From: Gammaproteobacteria bacterium
GTDB lineage: Bacteria; Pseudomonadota; Gammaproteobacteria; DSM-19610
Assembly (NCBI GenBank): GCA_011321775.1
Contig: DROT01000127.1
Coordinates: 1,144-65,143, forward strand
Reading direction: 5' to 3'
DNA: 64,000 nt
This document shows positions 49,486 to 58,999 of the stretch, one piece after another; within the stretch, counting starts at the first letter, position 1; every line of letters begins with the position of its first letter. Made by a program: the position numbers and the translations under genes. The notes below the pieces were generated by a model. It made no database searches. It was not told where the DNA came from and worked only from the letters and a program-made list of their open reading frames with translations.

Positions 49486-49881
49486 TCAGGCGACTTCGTC
49501 GCGCTCGTTCTTCTGCTTGAAATCGGAAATGGCGGCCTTGATGGCGTCTTCTGCCAGCACCGAGCAATGGATCTTGACCGGCGGCAGCGCCAGTTCCTCG
49601 GCGATCTCGCTGTTCTTGATCTCACTGGCTTCTTCCAGCGTCTTGCCCTTCACCCATTCCGTCAGCAGCGAGCTGGAGGCAATGGCGGAGCCGCAACCAT
49701 AGGTCTTGAAACGGGCATCCTCGATGACGCCATGGTCGTTGACCTTGATCTGCAGTTTCATGACGTCCCCGCAGGCCGGTGCGCCGACCATGCCGGTTCC
49801 CACACTGGTATCCGCCTTGTCGAAGGAACCGACGTTACGCGGGTTTTCGTAGTGGTCCAGGACCTTTTCGCTGTATGCCAT
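49486..49881 (-). CDS. iscU: Fe-S cluster scaffold IscU
   Basis: MAYSEKVLDHYENPRNVG, APACGDVM, FKTYGCGSAIASS, LPPVKIHCSVLAE. Confidence 0.98.
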   Translation of the reverse strand: MAYSEKVLDHYENPRNVGSFDKADTSVGTGMVGAPACGDVMKLQIKVNDHGVIEDARFKTYGCGSAIASSSLLTEWVKGKTLEEASEIKNSEIAEELALPPVKIHCSVLAEDAIKAAISDFKQKNERDEVA

Positions 49882-49915
49882 GACTCTCTACTCCGAATGC
49901 TGTGTACGTGCTGTA

Positions 49916-50377
49916 TCAGGCAGCCGACTGCTGGTAGCCGGGTCCGAAACCGACCTCGCCGCTTTCCTTCTTCGGCTCGCCGGCCTCGCCGTGCTGGTTC
50001 ACCGCTTCCGCCAGGGTGAGATCGTTCAGGTAGTCGTAGATCCGCGTGCTCAGCTGATTCCACATGATCACGCTCTGCGGCCATTCCTCGCCCGGGATCC
50101 GTTCCCGGCGCGCCGGCATGGCGTCGTCGACCGCACTGAGAATCTCGGCAATGGTGATCTCGCTCGGGGGGCGCCGCAGGCAGTAACCGCCACCCGGACC
50201 GCGCATGCCGGTTACCAGGCCGTGATTGCGCAGGCGGGCGAACAGCTGCTCCAGGTAGGAGACCGATATGGACTGCTCCACCGAGATGTCCGCCAGCGTG
50301 ACCGGACCTTTTTCATAACGTAACGCCAGTTCCATCATCGCAGTGATGGCATGACGACCTTTGGTTGATAATTTCAT
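49916..50377 (-). CDS. IscR-like Rrf2 regulator lacking the Fe-S ligands
   Basis: MKLSTKGRHAITAM...SISVSYLEQLFARLR..GLV.G.RGPGGGY. No Cys in the cluster-binding region. Confidence 0.88.
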   Translation of the reverse strand: MKLSTKGRHAITAMMELALRYEKGPVTLADISVEQSISVSYLEQLFARLRNHGLVTGMRGPGGGYCLRRPPSEITIAEILSAVDDAMPARRERIPGEEWPQSVIMWNQLSTRIYDYLNDLTLAEAVNQHGEAGEPKKESGEVGFGPGYQQSAA

Positions 50378-50451
50378 GATTCGCCTCATTTGACTCCCAG
50401 GCGCAGCACCGATGTGCGCGTCTCCGTTTTCATGAACATGGCTAATGATAG

Positions 50452-50480
50452 TAATTCTTGAGTCTTTTAGTCAAGAATTA
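50452..50480. promoter_or_regulatory. IscR-type palindromic operator
   Basis: TAATTCTTGA-gtcttttag-TCAAGAATTA. Minus strand TTGACTAAAAGACTCAAG resembles type-1 IscR sites. Confidence 0.7.
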
Positions 50481-50585
50481 TTTTTGCGGGGACAGACAGA
50501 GGCGGCCGCCGGCCCCGTCCGGGGCCGGGCAACCGTATAAAACTACAGATAGTTCGGGGTATTAAGCCAGCTGGCGTTATTTTCG

Positions 50586-51983
50586 TCAAGCGGCGAGGCG
50601 TTGTGCGAGATCCTCCAGGTCGTCGCTGGAGTCGAAGAGTTTCTCTGTTATTTCAAATACCTGGCCTTCATCCAGGCCCAGCATCCCGAGTGAGAATGCG
50701 GGCAGGCCGGCGGGGTCGTGTTCGCCGAGGCCGTGCAGCGCGAGCGCGCGGTTGGCGACCAGCACCAGCTGTGGGTAGGTCGCGTGACGTTCCCAGTAGT
50801 CCTCGTCGTGATGGTGGCGGACGGCGGTCACCAGCTCCTGCGGCAGGCCCCAGGCCTCCATCAGCCAGGCGCCGATGCGGTCGTGGGTGACGCCGAGTAC
50901 GTGACGTTCGAGCTCGCAGGTCGGCATGTCGGGATTGGCCTGCGCGAACCGGTTGAGGATGAAAAACTCCGGCTGGAAGGTGTGGCCGAGTACCAGGCGG
51001 CCCAGGTTCTGCAGCAGACCGGCGAGATAGGCGGTGCCACCCGGTGGTCGCTGGCGTTTCGGCAGGCAGCGTGCCAGCTGTTCCACCAGGCGTGCAGCGT
51101 ACACCGAATGTTTCCAGAAGGCGTCCAGACCGAAAGGTCCCTCGCGCGGAATGCGCAGTGATTTGCCGATGGAGAATCCCAGTGCCAGGTTGAGGACATA
51201 GTCGAAGCCGAGCACCCGGGCAATGGCTGTCTGCAGGTTGCCGATGCTGCCGGCGTAGCCGTACAGGGAGGAATTGGCATAGCGCAGGATCTGTGCCGAC
51301 AGCGCCGGATCCTGTTCTATGATCTCCGCCAGCTGGCGGGCGTTGGAATGGGGGTCAGCGGCCAGTTGCAGGATACGGGCGGCGGTGGCGGGCAGCGGCG
51401 GCAGTTCGTGAAATTCATCGACGTCAGGCTTGACCCGTGCCGGTGTCAGGCGTTCCACCACGTTGGAGACCCGTCCCTCGCCGGTGCTGCCCTCGACTTC
51501 TGCGCGCAGGCTGGCGGCGGGGCGCGAGAAGCGTCCGCCAGTGGCATGGCCCAGCAGGCGCAGGTACTGTTCACGCGGCATCTGCACCAGAGTGGTGTGG
51601 CTTCCGGGTTCGAAGACGATGTGCTCGTGTTCCTCCAGGGCCGTATCGACGATGACGTCGAGGCCGTAGGCGGGTGCCAGCGGCGGACAGGAGCGAGCCT
51701 CGCAGTCGCTGAACAGGGTGTCCAGGCGGTTGCCGGGAAGCAGTTCCATGTCACGTTGCAGCAGGGTACACAGTGCCTCGAAGTCGAGCACGTGATCGGC
51801 GGGCAATACGGCCATCAGCGGTCCCTGCCCGTCCACCAGCACCACGGCGCGGACCAGCTGGTTCACCGGCAGTTCGCAGGCTTCGGCCGCCTGTGTCAGC
51901 GTGGTGGTACGGTGGTGGAACAGCAGTTCATAGTCGGCGTGTTCACGCTCGAGGAATTCTCGGATCGTTGCGGGTAATCCCAT
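50586..51983 (-). CDS. YbaK-like + HDOD domain protein (SadB-like architecture)
   Basis: N-terminal YbaK/ProX fold (LVRAVVLVD, DCE..SCPPL). HDOD LPPLP...DPALSAQILRYANS. GLLQNLG replaces the usual GLLHxxG. Confidence 0.85.
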   Translation of the reverse strand: MGLPATIREFLEREHADYELLFHHRTTTLTQAAEACELPVNQLVRAVVLVDGQGPLMAVLPADHVLDFEALCTLLQRDMELLPGNRLDTLFSDCEARSCPPLAPAYGLDVIVDTALEEHEHIVFEPGSHTTLVQMPREQYLRLLGHATGGRFSRPAASLRAEVEGSTGEGRVSNVVERLTPARVKPDVDEFHELPPLPATAARILQLAADPHSNARQLAEIIEQDPALSAQILRYANSSLYGYAGSIGNLQTAIARVLGFDYVLNLALGFSIGKSLRIPREGPFGLDAFWKHSVYAARLVEQLARCLPKRQRPPGGTAYLAGLLQNLGRLVLGHTFQPEFFILNRFAQANPDMPTCELERHVLGVTHDRIGAWLMEAWGLPQELVTAVRHHHDEDYWERHATYPQLVLVANRALALHGLGEHDPAGLPAFSLGMLGLDEGQVFEITEKLFDSSDDLEDLAQRLAA

Positions 51984-52291
51984 CCCTAGGTACTCCAGAA
52001 AAGGTTGGCTTCTCCATGGCAATAGCAAGAACTGCACCATCGTTGAAAAAAATCAATTATTTCAGTATGGTGAAATTTTCATGCAGGTGGTGGTGGCAGG
52101 CAGGCGACAACAGGCCGACGCTTTTCCTGCGTTCCCGCCGGCAGCCGGCCGGCGGGATAACGGGAGGAAGGAGGCGTGAGGACGCGATCTCTGCCGAGAG
52201 CCGGGAAGTACAATCCGGACTGTGCTTTCTCGTATCCGTGATGACGGGATACCGTCGCACAGGTTTCCGGGAGGACATTGGAGTTGATTTC

Positions 52292-52759
52292 ATGACGAGC
52301 CAGTACGATGCCAGCAACGACCGCCGTAGCCGGTCGCGGGAAAAACTGACGACGCTGGTGAAGACCCGCACCGAAACACTGTCGCTCTATGCCGAACTGG
52401 CCAATCAGCGGCCGTTCGAGGCGGACGAAGTGACCAACGAGGCGCTGCGGGACTTCTGCCAGGCGCTGATCGACTATGCGGCGAGTGCCCATTTCCAGTT
52501 GTACCGCTATATCGCCGACCGGCTGGAGCGGCGGGCACCGGTGCTGGAACTGGCTGACAGTGTCTATCCCCGTATCGTTCGCACCACCGACATGATCCTG
52601 CGCTTCAACGACAAGTATGAAGATGCCGATCTGCTGAACGGCGACGGATCGATTCTGGAACTGCTGGACAAGGACCTCTCGGAACTGGGAGAAGCGCTGG
52701 CCGAGCGTATCCACCTGGAGGATCAGGTTATCGGCGCCATGACCGGGCAGTTGCACTAG
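52292..52759 (+). CDS. Regulator of sigma70, Rsd/AlgQ family
   Basis: FCQALIDYAASAHFQLY, YPRI..TTD.IL.FNDKY, LS.LGEALAERIHLEDQ. Confidence 0.9.
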   Translation: MTSQYDASNDRRSRSREKLTTLVKTRTETLSLYAELANQRPFEADEVTNEALRDFCQALIDYAASAHFQLYRYIADRLERRAPVLELADSVYPRIVRTTDMILRFNDKYEDADLLNGDGSILELLDKDLSELGEALAERIHLEDQVIGAMTGQLH

Positions 52760-52923
52760 GAGCCTGTCCGAGTACTGGGGGCCGTAGCGAGAGCGTGGCA
52801 CAGCGAGGCGATTTTTGCGATCGTTTGAGGAGCCTAGTGGGGACTATGCGACGAAAAGGATCGCGAAAAGCGGCCGCTGTGGTGCGCTCGCAGCAGGTCC
52901 ATCATTACTCGGACAGGCTCCCA
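52757..52923. mobile_element. MITE-like element, 163 bp, 16-bp perfect terminal inverted repeats, TA/CA flanks
   Basis: GGAGCCTGTCCGAGTA (52759-52774) and TACTCGGACAGGCTCC (52906-52921). Interior folds as a long imperfect hairpin. Confidence 0.8.
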
Positions 52924-53582
52924 GGGCACGTGCCGCTACGATCCATTGCCAGCAGTTCCTGCGCCTGTTCGCGGCTGAGATGGCGCCACGGCAGTGGCAC
53001 CAGGCCGGGAACCCGTCGGCGGTAGCGCCGGTACGGTTCGCCATAGCAGATCAGCAACTTCCTTTCCTCCAGGCGCGAGCCAACCCACAGGTAGAGGGTC
53101 AGTACCACCGCGCTCAGCAGGAAGGCGGCGTTCATCTCGCGCGTCCACAGGATTACCAGGCCGAGGAAATACCAGGGATGGCGCACGAAGCGGTGGGCCG
53201 GCGAGATGCTCATGGGGGCCTGATCGTCGATGGGAAGATCCCGGCGCGAGAGCTGGCTGAGACCCAGGAACTCGCGGGTGTCATAGCCGCGGGCGCTCCA
53301 CAGGAAACCGACGGCGGCCGCCAGCGCCAGCGCATCGGCCGCCCAGCGAACCGGCTCCGGCCAGTGCCACAGGATTTTTCCCGGGTAGCTGTACAGCAGC
53401 CACAGTGGTGGCAGCAGTAACACGGTGGCCAGCAGATTGTAGGCCAGGCGGTAGCCGCGAAACGCGGATGGAAAACGTCGCCTGAACGCTGCCTTGACGG
53501 CGTGCGAGGCGAGCAGCGAATGGATGGTGCCATAGAGTATCCAGCTGACGGCCAGGATCAGCAATCGGGTGGTCTCGTCCAT
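52905..53582 (-). CDS. NnrU / isoprenylcysteine methyltransferase-like membrane protein
   Basis: YRLAYN, FLGLSQL, HRFVRHPWYF, EERKL...YGEPY..YR.RVP. Confidence 0.8.
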   Translation of the reverse strand: MDETTRLLILAVSWILYGTIHSLLASHAVKAAFRRRFPSAFRGYRLAYNLLATVLLLPPLWLLYSYPGKILWHWPEPVRWAADALALAAAVGFLWSARGYDTREFLGLSQLSRRDLPIDDQAPMSISPAHRFVRHPWYFLGLVILWTREMNAAFLLSAVVLTLYLWVGSRLEERKLLICYGEPYRRYRRRVPGLVPLPWRHLSREQAQELLAMDRSGTCPGSLSE

Positions 53583-53673
53583 GGGTACCAGTGTAGTGTT
53601 TCCGCGCGGTCCTGTATCCATACACCCTGGCCGGAATCCGGACGACCAGCGGCCCGAGATGGGGGATAGACAC

Positions 53674-54492
53674 ATGGTGGAAAAGGGCGACGGAACAGGG
53701 CGGGCCGGTGCCATCGAGGAACTGCTCCGGATCATGGAGCGGCTGCGCGATCCGCAGAAGGGTTGCCCCTGGGATCTGGAACAGGACTTTTCCAGCATTG
53801 CCCCCTATACCCTGGAAGAAGCCTACGAGGTTGCCGACGCAATCCAGCGCAACGAGCCGCGGGAGTTGTGCGAGGAACTCGGTGACCTGTTGTTCCAGGT
53901 CGTCTTTCACGCCCGCATGGCGGCCGAGGAAGGGCTGTTCGATTTCGCCGACGTGGTTGCCGCGATCAACGCCAAGATGATCCGCCGGCATCCACACGTG
54001 TTTGCAGGCGAGGTGGTGAAGGACGCGCGTGCCCAGAGCGAAGCGTGGGAGAGCCTCAAGGCCGGCGAACGTCACGCCCGGGGACTCGTGGGCGGTGGGG
54101 CACTCGCCGGTGTTCCGGTCGCACTGCCGGCGCTGGTGCGGGCACAGAAGATCCAGCGTCGGGCGGCGCGCGAGGGCTTCGACTGGAACAGGATCGACGA
54201 GGTGGTGGCCAAGCTGGAGGAAGAGCTGGAGGAGCTGAAGCAGGCGCTGGCGGATGCCGAGCCGCTCGAGCGCGCGCGCGAGGAACTCGGTGACCTGCTG
54301 TTCAGCTGCGTCAATCTGGCGCGTTTTCTCGACGCCGATGCCGAAACCCTGCTGCGGGACGCCAACCACAAGTTCGAGCACCGCTTCCGGGTGGTCGAGG
54401 AGCTGGCGCGCGAACAGGGGCGTGAACTGCGCGACTGTACACCAGCGGAACTGGAATCCTGGTGGCAGCAGGCCAAGCGTCGTGGCCCCTGA
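53674..54492 (+). CDS. mazG: Nucleoside triphosphate pyrophosphohydrolase MazG
   Basis: LRDPQKGCPWD.EQ, EEAYEVADAI, ELGDLLFQVVFH, KMIRRHPHVF, second EELGDLLF domain. Confidence 0.97.
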   Translation: MVEKGDGTGRAGAIEELLRIMERLRDPQKGCPWDLEQDFSSIAPYTLEEAYEVADAIQRNEPRELCEELGDLLFQVVFHARMAAEEGLFDFADVVAAINAKMIRRHPHVFAGEVVKDARAQSEAWESLKAGERHARGLVGGGALAGVPVALPALVRAQKIQRRAAREGFDWNRIDEVVAKLEEELEELKQALADAEPLERAREELGDLLFSCVNLARFLDADAETLLRDANHKFEHRFRVVEELAREQGRELRDCTPAELESWWQQAKRRGP

Positions 54493-54622
54493 AAGTCTGC
54501 CCTGAAACGGGGCGACAGCGGTCGGCGACGGGGCGAGTTTGATAAATGCCCGCAAATCATTAAGGTATAGCCCCCGAAACGGGGCAATGGTGCACCACGA
54601 GCGAACCGCGGGGGACTCCGGA

Positions 54623-55819
54623 ATGGACGATTATCAGGCTGGCAGTAACGTACTCTTCATTCTGCTGGGCGCCGTCATGGTGCTGGCGATGCACGCGGGC
54701 TTTGCCTTCCTCGAGGTCGGGACGGTGCGGGCAAAGAACCAGGTCAATGCGCTGGTCAAGATCATCTCGGACTTCGCCATGTCGACCATCGCCTATTTCT
54801 TCATCGGCTACAGCGTGGCCTATGGCATCGATTTCTTCTCGGGAGCCGAGGTGCTGGCCCAGAAGCATGGATACGAGCTGGTCAAGTTCTTCTTCCTGTT
54901 GACCTTTGCCGCCGCAATACCGGCCATCATCTCCGGCGGCATCGCCGAGCGCGCGCGTTTCAATCCGCAGCTGCTGGCGACTTTCGTGCTGGTGGCGGCG
55001 GTGTACCCGTTCTACGAGGGCATCGTCTGGAACGGCAACTTCGGTATCCAGGAGTGGATCGAAAACAGTTTCGGCGCCGCCTTCCATGATTTTGCCGGTT
55101 CGGTGGTGGTGCACGCCATGGGTGGCTGGATCGCGCTGGCGGCGGTGCTGCTGCTGGGACACCGCCACGGCCGTTATACCAAGTCGGGCGAGGTCATGGC
55201 TCATCCGCCGTCGAGTATCCCCTTCCTGGCGCTCGGAGCCTGGGTACTGTCGGTGGGCTGGTTCGGCTTCAACGTCATGTCGGCCCAGACCATCGACGCC
55301 GTCAGTGGCCTGGTGGCGGCGAATTCCCTCATGGCGATGGTCGGGGGTATCCTGGCGGCGCTGTTCGTCGGCCGCAACGACCCCGGTTTCGTGCACAACG
55401 GTCCGCTGGCCGGCCTGGTCGCCGTGTGTGCCGGCTCCGACCTCATGCACCCGCTGGGCGCGCTGGTGACCGGCGCCATCGCCGGTGCCATGTTCGTGTG
55501 GCTGTTCACCCTCACCCAGAATCGCTGGAAGATCGACGACGTGCTCGGCGTGTGGCCGCTGCACGGCCTGTGCGGTGCCTGGGGCGGCATCGCCTGCGGT
55601 ATCTTTGGCAGCAAGGCCCTCGGCGGTCTCGGCGGCGTCAGCCTGATGGCGCAGACGGTCGGCACGCTGCTCGGCATCGTCATTGCCCTGGTGGGCGGTT
55701 TCGTCGTCTACGGCGCCATCAAGGCGGTCATCGGTCTGCGCCTGGATCAGGAGCAGGAATACCAGGGCGCAGACCTCAGTATCCATCATATCGCCGCCCA
55801 GCCGGAATTCGATCGCTGA
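54623..55819 (+). CDS. Ammonium transporter (Amt family)
   Basis: FAFLEVGTVR.KNQVNAL, ISGGIAER, DFAGSVVVH, GWFGFN, WPLHG. Both conserved His residues present. Confidence 0.95.
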   Translation: MDDYQAGSNVLFILLGAVMVLAMHAGFAFLEVGTVRAKNQVNALVKIISDFAMSTIAYFFIGYSVAYGIDFFSGAEVLAQKHGYELVKFFFLLTFAAAIPAIISGGIAERARFNPQLLATFVLVAAVYPFYEGIVWNGNFGIQEWIENSFGAAFHDFAGSVVVHAMGGWIALAAVLLLGHRHGRYTKSGEVMAHPPSSIPFLALGAWVLSVGWFGFNVMSAQTIDAVSGLVAANSLMAMVGGILAALFVGRNDPGFVHNGPLAGLVAVCAGSDLMHPLGALVTGAIAGAMFVWLFTLTQNRWKIDDVLGVWPLHGLCGAWGGIACGIFGSKALGGLGGVSLMAQTVGTLLGIVIALVGGFVVYGAIKAVIGLRLDQEQEYQGADLSIHHIAAQPEFDR

Positions 55820-55889
55820 GGCCGGTCCGTGGACGCCGCCTCGTTGCGGCGTCCACCGTTTGACTGTCTTCCCCCTTCTCGTATACAGT

Positions 55890-56090
55890 CCTGCGCCGTT
55901 CACCCGGTGCTTCCTGCCCTCTGGAGGGCGGAAGTGAAACGGGAAGCCGGTGCGCTGCAACCCAGCAAGGCCGGCGCTGCCCCCGCAACGGTAGGTGAGA
56001 AGAGACGGAACGACAGGCCACTGCGCAGCTGCGCGGGAAGGTGTATCCGTCCGGCTTTCAGCCACTCACGAGCCCGGAGACCGGCCTGGT
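55890..56090 (+). promoter_or_regulatory. Cobalamin (AdoCbl) riboswitch
   Basis: GGTGC...AAACGGGAAGCCGGTG...GCCGGCGCTGCCCCCGCAACGGT...GCCACTG...GGGAAG...AGCCCGGAGACCGGCC (B12 box), directly upstream of a TonB-dependent receptor. Confidence 0.95.
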
Positions 56091-56231
56091 GACGACAACC
56101 TGTCGCGTGGGGCGGCTCCGGTGTCGGTCACATCTGTCAGCCGATATTGTCCGGCTCGGGTTTCCGGTCGAACTCCACGCATTTTTCGCCTCTATGCCGC
56201 ACGGGTGGTGTGGCCTGCAGTGGAGTATGCC

Positions 56232-58202
56232 GTGAATTCCGACAACAAGCCTTCCCTCATCCCTTTCCTGGTGCGCAGCCTGGTTCCGATGTGCCTCCTG
56301 TCCAGTGCCCTGGCGGAAAACCTGCCCACGGCCGAGGAGGTCGTCGTTACCGCCACCCGCATCGCCACACCGCTGTCGCAGGTCGGCAGCTCGGTCACCG
56401 TCATTACCGCCGACGAGATCCGTCGTCGGCAGTACCGCAGTCTCGCCCAGGCGTTGCGCATGGTGCCCGGGGTCGATGTGGTCCAGTCCGGCGGTCCGGG
56501 ACAGCAGACCTCGGTGTTCATGCGCGGTGCCAGTTCCTCGCATACGCTGGTGCTGATGGACGGTATCAATATCTCCGATCCAAGCAGCCCCAACGGGGCC
56601 GTCGATTTTTCCAGCCTGATGCTGGACAACGTCGAGCGCATCGAGATCGTGCGTGGCCCGCAGAGCACCCTGTATGGCGCCAATGCCATCGGCGGTGTGA
56701 TCAACATCATCACCCGCAAGGGCAAGGGGCCCACCCGCGCCACGCTGACGATGCAACTGGGCAACAACACCAGTAATCGCCAACAGGCGGCGGTGCGGGG
56801 ATCGAAGGATCGTTTCGATTATTCGCTGGGTGGCACCCACTACAAGACCCACGCCAATTCCGTGACCCCCGCCGACCTCAGGAACGGCATCGCTGCCGAG
56901 GCGGACCATTATCGTAACAACAGCCTGTCCACCCGCCTGGGTTATCATTTCAGTGATGATCTGGGCTTCGAGTTCTTCGGACGCTATATCGATGCCAAGG
57001 CGCAGACCGATCCGGAGGTGGGTTTCGGCACCATCGAAGATCCCGATGCCCGCGTCAAGGACCGCGAGTATTTCCTGCGTGGCTCGGGTGACGCCGTTCT
57101 GCTGGACGGGGTCTGGAACGCCAATCTGTCGGTGGCCTACACCGATTACTCGCGGCGCAACGACAATGAGCAGCAGAGTCCCTTCGAGACCTTGCAGAAG
57201 ACACAGTTCAACGGCGACACGCTCGAGATCAGTACCAAGAACGACTTCTACCTGGTGGAGGACCATGTCCTGACCCTGGGCGCCGGCACCAAGAAAGAGA
57301 ACATGGACAACAGCGGTTTTTCCATCTTCGGCGGGGCGTTCCGGATCGACGAGTTGTCGAAGGCAGACGCTCGTACCAACTATGCCTATGCCCAGGACCA
57401 GTTCAGTTTCGGCGAGAGGCTGTTCGGTACCGCCGGTCTGCGGGTCGATGACCGTGACGACTTCGGCAGCGAGCTTACCTACCGTATCACCGGCACCTAC
57501 CAGCTCCAGGAGACGGGTACGCGCCTGAACGGCAGTGTGGGGACCGGTTTTCGGGCGCCGTCGCTGTTCGAGTTGCACGGCTTTTCACCCAACAATTTCG
57601 GCACCGCCTATCGCGGCAACCCTGATCTCGATGCGGAAAAGAGTTTCGGCTGGGAGCTGGGTTTCGACCAGTCGTTGCTGTCCCGGAGGCTGGAGGTCGG
57701 TGCCACCTATTTCAAGAATGATATCAAGAACCTGATCGAGACCGTGTTCGACCCCCTGTTCAACAGCACTTCCGACAATATCAACAAGGTCCATATCAAC
57801 GGCATCGAGACCTTCGTCAGCGCCCGGCTGCACAGGACGCTGTCGGCGCGGGTCGACTATACCTTCACCGATATCGATTCCAGCGACGACAGCGACCGTC
57901 CCCTGTTGCGCCGCCCGCGCAAGAAAGCCAGTGCAACGCTCAACTACCAGCCGCTGGAACCGGTCGATCTCTACCTGGGCGTGGACTATGTCGGCAAGCG
58001 CAAGGACGTGGACCGCCTCACCGGCAGTACCATCAAGGCGCAGGACTATACTGTGTTCAATACGTCGCTTTCCTGGCAGCTGCACCGCCAGTTCAGCCTG
58101 GATCTGCGTGTGGACAACCTGCTGGACAAGCACTATGAGCCGGCCGATGGTTTCGAGGCGGTCGGGCGTCAGTACATGGCAGGGTTTACGGCGACCATGT
58201 GA
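56232..58202 (+). CDS. btuB: TonB-dependent vitamin B12 receptor (BtuB-like)
   Basis: GTG start after GGAG, EVVVTATR TonB box, VERIEIVRGPQSTLYG..AIGGVINIIT, controlled by the B12 riboswitch. Confidence 0.85.
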   Translation: MNSDNKPSLIPFLVRSLVPMCLLSSALAENLPTAEEVVVTATRIATPLSQVGSSVTVITADEIRRRQYRSLAQALRMVPGVDVVQSGGPGQQTSVFMRGASSSHTLVLMDGINISDPSSPNGAVDFSSLMLDNVERIEIVRGPQSTLYGANAIGGVINIITRKGKGPTRATLTMQLGNNTSNRQQAAVRGSKDRFDYSLGGTHYKTHANSVTPADLRNGIAAEADHYRNNSLSTRLGYHFSDDLGFEFFGRYIDAKAQTDPEVGFGTIEDPDARVKDREYFLRGSGDAVLLDGVWNANLSVAYTDYSRRNDNEQQSPFETLQKTQFNGDTLEISTKNDFYLVEDHVLTLGAGTKKENMDNSGFSIFGGAFRIDELSKADARTNYAYAQDQFSFGERLFGTAGLRVDDRDDFGSELTYRITGTYQLQETGTRLNGSVGTGFRAPSLFELHGFSPNNFGTAYRGNPDLDAEKSFGWELGFDQSLLSRRLEVGATYFKNDIKNLIETVFDPLFNSTSDNINKVHINGIETFVSARLHRTLSARVDYTFTDIDSSDDSDRPLLRRPRKKASATLNYQPLEPVDLYLGVDYVGKRKDVDRLTGSTIKAQDYTVFNTSLSWQLHRQFSLDLRVDNLLDKHYEPADGFEAVGRQYMAGFTATM

Positions 58203-58283
58203 GGGGCTTGATGTCGTGATGAGCGGGTTCGGCCGGAAGGCTCCGGATTGCCTGTACAGGGTGGCCCCGGGCGGGTGTCGTCG

Positions 58284-58967
58284 ATGACGGCCGTCGAGTG
58301 GCTGCGTCACGCGAATGCCGACGAGGTGGCCGAACGGGCCGTCGAGGCGATCCTGGAGCTGGCGGATTCCGCCATCGCGGCGCGCGGTCGTTTTCGGCTG
58401 GTACTGGCCGGCGGCAGCACGCCCGAGAGGGCCTATCGTCGGTTGGCAGAGCGCCGGACCGATTACACCGGCTGGCAGTTCTACCTCGGTGACGAGCGCT
58501 GTCTGCCCGCGGATCATCCCGAGCGCAACAGCACAATGATCCAGCGCAGCTGGCTGGATCGGGTCGCCGTTGCCGGGCAGGCCGTTCACTGGATCCCTGC
58601 GGAACTGGGACCGGAGCGGGCGGCGTCAGTCTACGAGGAAACCGTGCGGGACGCGTTGCCGTTTGATGTGGTGCTGCTGGGCATGGGGGAGGACGGGCAT
58701 ACGGCGAGTCTGTTCCCCGGCCAGTCGCACGATCCCGGGCGACTGGTGGTACCCGTCACCGCAGCGCCCAAGCCGCCGCCGGAACGGGTCAGTCTCAACT
58801 ACGGCGCCCTGTGTGCCGCGCGCGCCGTGCTGGTGCTGGTCACCGGTGAGGGGAAGCGGGAGGCCGTGCGCCGCTGGCGTGCCGGCGAAGCCTTGCCGGT
58901 CGCGCAGTTGCGCTGCCGCAGCGGCCTGCGGGTATTGCTGGACGAGGCCGCCTGGCCGGATTCATGA
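58284..58967 (+). CDS. pgl: 6-phosphogluconolactonase
   Basis: LAGGSTP, GDERCLP..HPERN, LGMGEDGHTASLFP, KPPPERVSL. Confidence 0.95.
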   Translation: MTAVEWLRHANADEVAERAVEAILELADSAIAARGRFRLVLAGGSTPERAYRRLAERRTDYTGWQFYLGDERCLPADHPERNSTMIQRSWLDRVAVAGQAVHWIPAELGPERAASVYEETVRDALPFDVVLLGMGEDGHTASLFPGQSHDPGRLVVPVTAAPKPPPERVSLNYGALCAARAVLVLVTGEGKREAVRRWRAGEALPVAQLRCRSGLRVLLDEAAWPDS

Positions 58968-58999
58968 TCCGGCCGGACGTCGTGTACGGATATCGCCGC

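Noticed and set aside
55890-58967. Novelty of the riboswitch-btuB-pgl arrangement
   Set aside because: A B12 riboswitch ahead of btuB is well established; pgl is 81 nt downstream with no evidence of functional linkage.
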